From Geotalea daltonii FRC-32 (GTDB lineage: Bacteria; Desulfobacterota; Desulfuromonadia; Geobacterales; Geobacteraceae): a DNA stretch of 32,000 nucleotides. The notes beneath the pieces were generated by a model. It searched no databases and was not told the DNA's origin. It saw only the letters and a list, made by a program, of their open reading frames with translations. The stretch is from NCBI RefSeq assembly GCF_000022265.1, contig NC_011979.1, forward strand, positions 2,700,001 to 2,732,000. The letters are read 5' to 3'. Made by a program: the position numbers and the translations under genes. Below, in pieces: positions 31,573 through 32,000 of the stretch (the stretch's first letter is position 1; every line of letters begins with the position of its first letter).

Positions 31573-32000
31573 CTAACAGATTACACAAATCTTCCCTGCC
31601 ACGAACAGCAGGACACCAAGGGCAACGGCACCTCCCATGAGCGGCAAAGCACGGCGCATTTCCCGTTTCACGCCGGTGCGGGAGGTATAGGTGGAACAGC
31701 CGGTAAAATTGAGGGCATAAAAAGCTGAGACGGCGGGGAGCGCCAGGAAAGCGCCGATAGTCGCCGGCAGGCCCCAGGTGGCGCCGTTTCCGGCAAAGTA
31801 CCACAGGATGCACCACAGCACACCCGTTACGGTTCCCTTAATGGAAAAGCTTTTTCCCGGAAGCCAGGGGAGCAGAAGCGGGGTGGCCACGAGACCGGCC
31901 AGTGTTGCCCCAAGGTAGGCGATTGCTGCCTGTAAACCGCTGGTGGCACCGCCGAAAAGGGTGCCGCAGAGAAACAGGCAGAGGATGATGACGGCGGTCG
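31573..32000 (-). CDS. hgcA: C-terminal transmembrane domain of HgcA-like corrinoid protein (5' part lies beyond the window)
   Basis: The frame is open from the window edge to TAG at 31573-31575. The segment is very hydrophobic with multiple TM helices (..LNFTGCSTYTSRTGVKREM..). It ends 14 nt upstream of hgcB, which is the canonical hgcA-hgcB arrangement. The diagnostic cap-helix motif is outside the window. Confidence 0.6.
   Translation of the reverse strand, partial: TAVIILCLFLCGTLFGGATSGLQAAIAYLGATLAGLVATPLLLPWLPGKSFSIKGTVTGVLWCILWYFAGNGATWGLPATIGAFLALPAVSAFYALNFTGCSTYTSRTGVKREMRRALPLMGGAVALGVLLFVAGKICVIC

Noticed and set aside
1-32000. CRISPR arrays, tRNA/rRNA genes, transposases, integrases and phage genes
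   Set aside because: None were seen on either strand. The only mobile-element-like feature is the inverted-repeat-bounded 166-bp unit at 22050-22215.

Overview
This 32-kb window is gene-dense and almost entirely on the + strand until the last ~1.1 kb. Gene content (hgcAB, in-frame-TGA candidate selenoproteins, nitrogenase-like genes, GGAGG-type RBSs) suggests an anaerobic Geobacter/Desulfuromonadales-like bacterium, but that is inference only. There are three blocks.
(i) 1-8.8 kb plus 15.5-19.1 kb is a sulfur-acquisition island built around nitrogenase-like (Nfl, methylthio-alkane-reductase/Mar-like) genes. It holds an Rrf2 regulator, a sulfate-binding protein, a NifB-like radical-SAM enzyme and CysK. 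Two tiny YezD/DUF2292 ORFs (absent from the ORF track) each sit directly upstream of a NifH-like gene; one NifH-like protein is canonical and the other lacks both [4Fe-4S] cysteine ligands. There are two NifD-like/NifK-like pairs (the second D carries a His-rich tail) and a NifX-like protein.
(ii) 8.9-15.5 kb is an envelope operon wedged between the two DK pairs: MMPL/RND-type permease, DUF1302-like barrel, Ycf48/BNR-like propeller lipoprotein and a DUF1329-like protein.
(iii) 19-32 kb is a metal/metalloid-flavoured block. It holds DUF1761, an SsuA/NMT1-like binding lipoprotein, a CMD-like protein and an ArsM-like methyltransferase with an in-frame TGA. These are followed by a CbiM(PDGLE)-CbiQ-CbiO ECF importer, CusB-CusA efflux and a small CxxCH protein. 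On the - strand are an AhpD-like CxxU candidate selenoprotein, hgcB and the 3' part of hgcA.
Non-coding signals: a TCTAT-N7-nTAGAC palindrome at three promoter regions, a hairpin-plus-terminator module present three times, SECIS-like 17-nt hairpins exactly 11 nt after both in-frame TGAs, and a ~166-bp element bounded by 20-bp inverted repeats. I saw no rRNA, tRNA, CRISPR array or transposase gene.
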